Shown: positions 22,426 to 24,000 of the stretch, piece after piece
How positions within the stretch are numbered: position 1 is the stretch's first letter
How the letters are laid out: the number at the start of each line of letters is the position of its first letter
Made by a program: the position numbers and the translations under genes
Notes under the pieces: generated by a model
The model's input: only the letters and a program-made list of their open reading frames with translations
Database searches by the model: none
What the model was told of the DNA's origin: nothing
Source of the DNA: Roseobacter sp. MED193
GTDB taxonomy: Bacteria; Pseudomonadota; Alphaproteobacteria; Rhodobacterales; Rhodobacteraceae
Assembly (NCBI RefSeq): GCF_000152965.1
Contig: NZ_CH902583.1
Location: 717,343-741,342, forward strand
Length of the DNA stretch: 24,000 nt
Reading direction: 5' to 3'

Positions 22426-23972
22426 TAATCTCGTTCTTCTCCACCGGCACAGGCGGCGGAGCTGCACCCGTCGACTACCTGATCGCACGCGAAGTTCTTG
22501 CCTATGACGAGAACCGCAATTTGATCCGCGACGACACCAGCAAACCGCAAACCAAGATCCGCGACCCGTTGCCTGAGGTGCTGCATGGTAACCCCGACCA
22601 AACCCGCGACCTGATCGACGCGAGCACCAACAAGTGGAGCTACACGGCGGGCGTCATCAGCTTTGCCGACAGCGATGATCCCAGTCCCGACGCCCAGCAA
22701 GAGGCCATTGAGCTATTTGAGGCTCTGGCCTTTGCTGGGCTGGACAGGGACCAATACGATTGTCTCTGGGTGCGCCACTCGCATGAAGGCAACGTCGAGC
22801 TGCACTTCTGCACGCCACGCCTTGAGCTCAGCACCGGCAAGGCGTTGAACATCGCACCGCCAGGCCATGAGAGCGCCTTTTCCAGCCTCCGCGATTTGAT
22901 GAACAAGACGCACGGTTGGGCAGACCCTTTGGACCCAGAACGCGCACGGGAGGTAAGGGCGACGATTGAGGCTCCAACCCGCGCACAGGGGCGCGAGGCG
23001 CTGCACGATTGGCTCCTCGATCAGATCAGCGTCGGCACCGTTACTGACCGTGCCAGCATGATCGACGCACTCACTGACGCGGGATTCGACATCCCCCGTG
23101 CCAGTAAGAATTACATCACCGCCCAAGACCCCGACACCGGCGAGCGCTGGCGTTTGAAAGGAGAGATTTTCCATGACGACTGGCAAGCCGAACCGCCTCG
23201 CCGAGAAATTGAACGCGGACCTGGAGATAGTACGCAGCGACCACGCCGCCTTGATGGCATCTCAGCTGGAGAGCTTCAGGAGCGATTTCAGCAGCATTGC
23301 GACCAGCGCGCTGCATACAATCGAGACCGATATCAGGTTCTTTCTCAGCGACAGCAAGAGCGAATTGCAGAGGCGGAGCGAGACGCTCCGGCGCTGGCTG
23401 ACGATATCGCCTTGGGTGATCGTGGGGCTGATCTTGGCGTGGATCGCCTCGACCGTGGCGGTGAGCTGGCTCTGGATGACCTTTTTGACGCATTCGGAAC
23501 TGACGGAACTGGGTCTGACACGGATCGAACACGCGGGGCAGATTTGGCTGACGCTGGATCCCGATCAGACCGAAATGAAAACCTGCACGATGGCGGGAAC
23601 ACCGATCATCTGCATCGAAGTCAGGGGGCAGTAAATGACGACGCCACTGACAGCCTTGGAGCGCGATTTGCTCGCCTGCGTCGAGCGATTGGTGACGGCC
23701 TGCGAAACCTCAGCGCAGGAATTGCGCGCTTTGGAAGCGCGCTCGACGAACGGGATCGAGAGCAAAGTGAATGGGTTGGCGCATTGCGTGGCGCTGCTGA
23801 TGAAATCGCATCTCTTGTCGGTCGCCACATTGGCCGACTTGCTGAGAGAGGAGCAGACCTACGAGACGCTTCAAGAGGGCTTAGAGGCCAGTTTGAAATT
23901 AGCGAAACACGCCGAGCAACGGCTGAACGAGGCCTGAGTGAACAAGAACGCGGCCATAGCCTCGGCCTTTAA
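22422..23972 (+). CDS. relaxase, ColE1 MbeA-like (MOB-HEN type)
   Basis: 516 aa, against my recollection of about 517 aa for ColE1 MbeA. The N-terminus 'MIISFFSTGTGGGAAPVDYLIA' parallels MbeA 'MIVKFHARGKGGGSGPVDYLLG', with the Tyr at position 19. 'LWVRHSHEGNVELHFCTP' aligns with the MbeA H-E-N motif region. The C-terminal half is low-complexity and overlapped by two nested genes, as in ColE1. Confidence 0.88.
   Translation: MIISFFSTGTGGGAAPVDYLIAREVLAYDENRNLIRDDTSKPQTKIRDPLPEVLHGNPDQTRDLIDASTNKWSYTAGVISFADSDDPSPDAQQEAIELFEALAFAGLDRDQYDCLWVRHSHEGNVELHFCTPRLELSTGKALNIAPPGHESAFSSLRDLMNKTHGWADPLDPERAREVRATIEAPTRAQGREALHDWLLDQISVGTVTDRASMIDALTDAGFDIPRASKNYITAQDPDTGERWRLKGEIFHDDWQAEPPRREIERGPGDSTQRPRRLDGISAGELQERFQQHCDQRAAYNRDRYQVLSQRQQERIAEAERDAPALADDIALGDRGADLGVDRLDRGGELALDDLFDAFGTDGTGSDTDRTRGADLADAGSRSDRNENLHDGGNTDHLHRSQGAVNDDATDSLGARFARLRRAIGDGLRNLSAGIARFGSALDERDREQSEWVGALRGAADEIASLVGRHIGRLAERGADLRDASRGLRGQFEISETRRATAERGLSEQERGHSLGL
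23173..23634 (+). CDS. MbeB/MobB-like mobilization protein nested in the relaxase gene (+1 frame)
   Basis: 153-aa ORF in an alternate frame. AGGAG at 23159-23163 lies 9 nt before the ATG. It has a central TM helix 'ISPWVIVGLILAWIASTVAVSWLWM' and a tail 'GLTRIEHAGQIWLTLDP', consistent with the MbeB architecture as I recall it. Confidence 0.65.
   Translation: MTTGKPNRLAEKLNADLEIVRSDHAALMASQLESFRSDFSSIATSALHTIETDIRFFLSDSKSELQRRSETLRRWLTISPWVIVGLILAWIASTVAVSWLWMTFLTHSELTELGLTRIEHAGQIWLTLDPDQTEMKTCTMAGTPIICIEVRGQ
23635..23937 (+). CDS. MbeD/MobD-like protein nested in the relaxase gene (+1 frame)
   Basis: The 100-aa ORF starts at the ATG immediately after the MbeB-like TAA (TAAATG). AGGGGG at 23623-23628 lies 6 nt upstream. 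The sequence is helical and coiled-coil-like ('LERDLLACVERLVTACETSAQELRALE'). Confidence 0.55.
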   Translation: MTTPLTALERDLLACVERLVTACETSAQELRALEARSTNGIESKVNGLAHCVALLMKSHLLSVATLADLLREEQTYETLQEGLEASLKLAKHAEQRLNEA

Positions 23973-24000
23973 ATTGAAAGGAAAATATATGAACTTCCCA

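Larger units (their letters stand above)
18823..24000 (+). mobile_element. integrative mobilizable element (partial; continues beyond the window)
   Basis: The tRNA-half att scar is followed by a P4-type integrase, an excisionase-like HTH, a replisome-organizer-like gene, MobC and a relaxase. No conjugation (T4SS/T4CP) genes appear in the visible part. Composition is mosaic. Confidence 0.65.

Noticed and set aside
22002-23830. Series of 85-157-aa minus-strand ORFs across mobC and the relaxase gene
   Set aside because: They are antisense shadows in high-GC coding DNA. In contrast to the two plus-strand nested ORFs, they lack SD sequences and have low-complexity Arg/Ala/Ser-rich products.
23989-24000. 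ATG preceded by 'gaaagga' after the relaxase stop; possible start of the next gene
   Set aside because: Only four codons are visible before the window ends, so it cannot be supported as a feature.

Overview
This 24-kb window comes from a roughly 60% GC chromosome that looks alphaproteobacterial, possibly Rhodobacterales. That taxon call is inferred from gene content only. Positions 1-13.35 kb are ordinary backbone. They carry a CMD/AhpD-like gene, parE, several hypothetical membrane or secreted proteins, a PaaI-type thioesterase, a Tag-like glycosylase, an HExxH lipoprotein, a c-type cytochrome, a YdcZ/DMT transporter, lolC-lolD and an Old-Yellow-Enzyme flavin oxidoreductase. A lower-GC two-gene islet with a pair of palindromic repeats sits directly after parE (2.8-4.3 kb). 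From 13.4 kb to the window end the region is composite and accessory. (1) An IS3-family remnant carries three independent inactivating lesions. (2) A tyrosine-recombinase and AlpA module follows, with an overlooked 36-codon hydrophobic ORF. (3) A sharply AT-richer cargo block (about 15.9-18.8 kb) holds an orphan 249-aa protein, a convergent HNH nuclease with an unknown helical domain and a C-terminal membrane anchor, and a 5'-truncated Fic-like remnant. (4) A 45-nt 3' half of tRNA-Cys(GCA) with no 5' half is read as an att scar. (5) The left part of an integrative mobilizable element runs off the window. It has a P4-type integrase, an orphan gene, an excisionase-like HTH, a replisome-organizer-like gene, MobC, and a ColE1 MbeA-like relaxase with two SD-preceded genes (MbeB/MbeD-like) nested in another frame. 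I saw no rRNA, intact tRNA or CRISPR array. All family assignments come from reading motifs and from memory, since no searches were run. The best candidate for an undescribed system is the low-GC cargo block at 16.1-18.3 kb.
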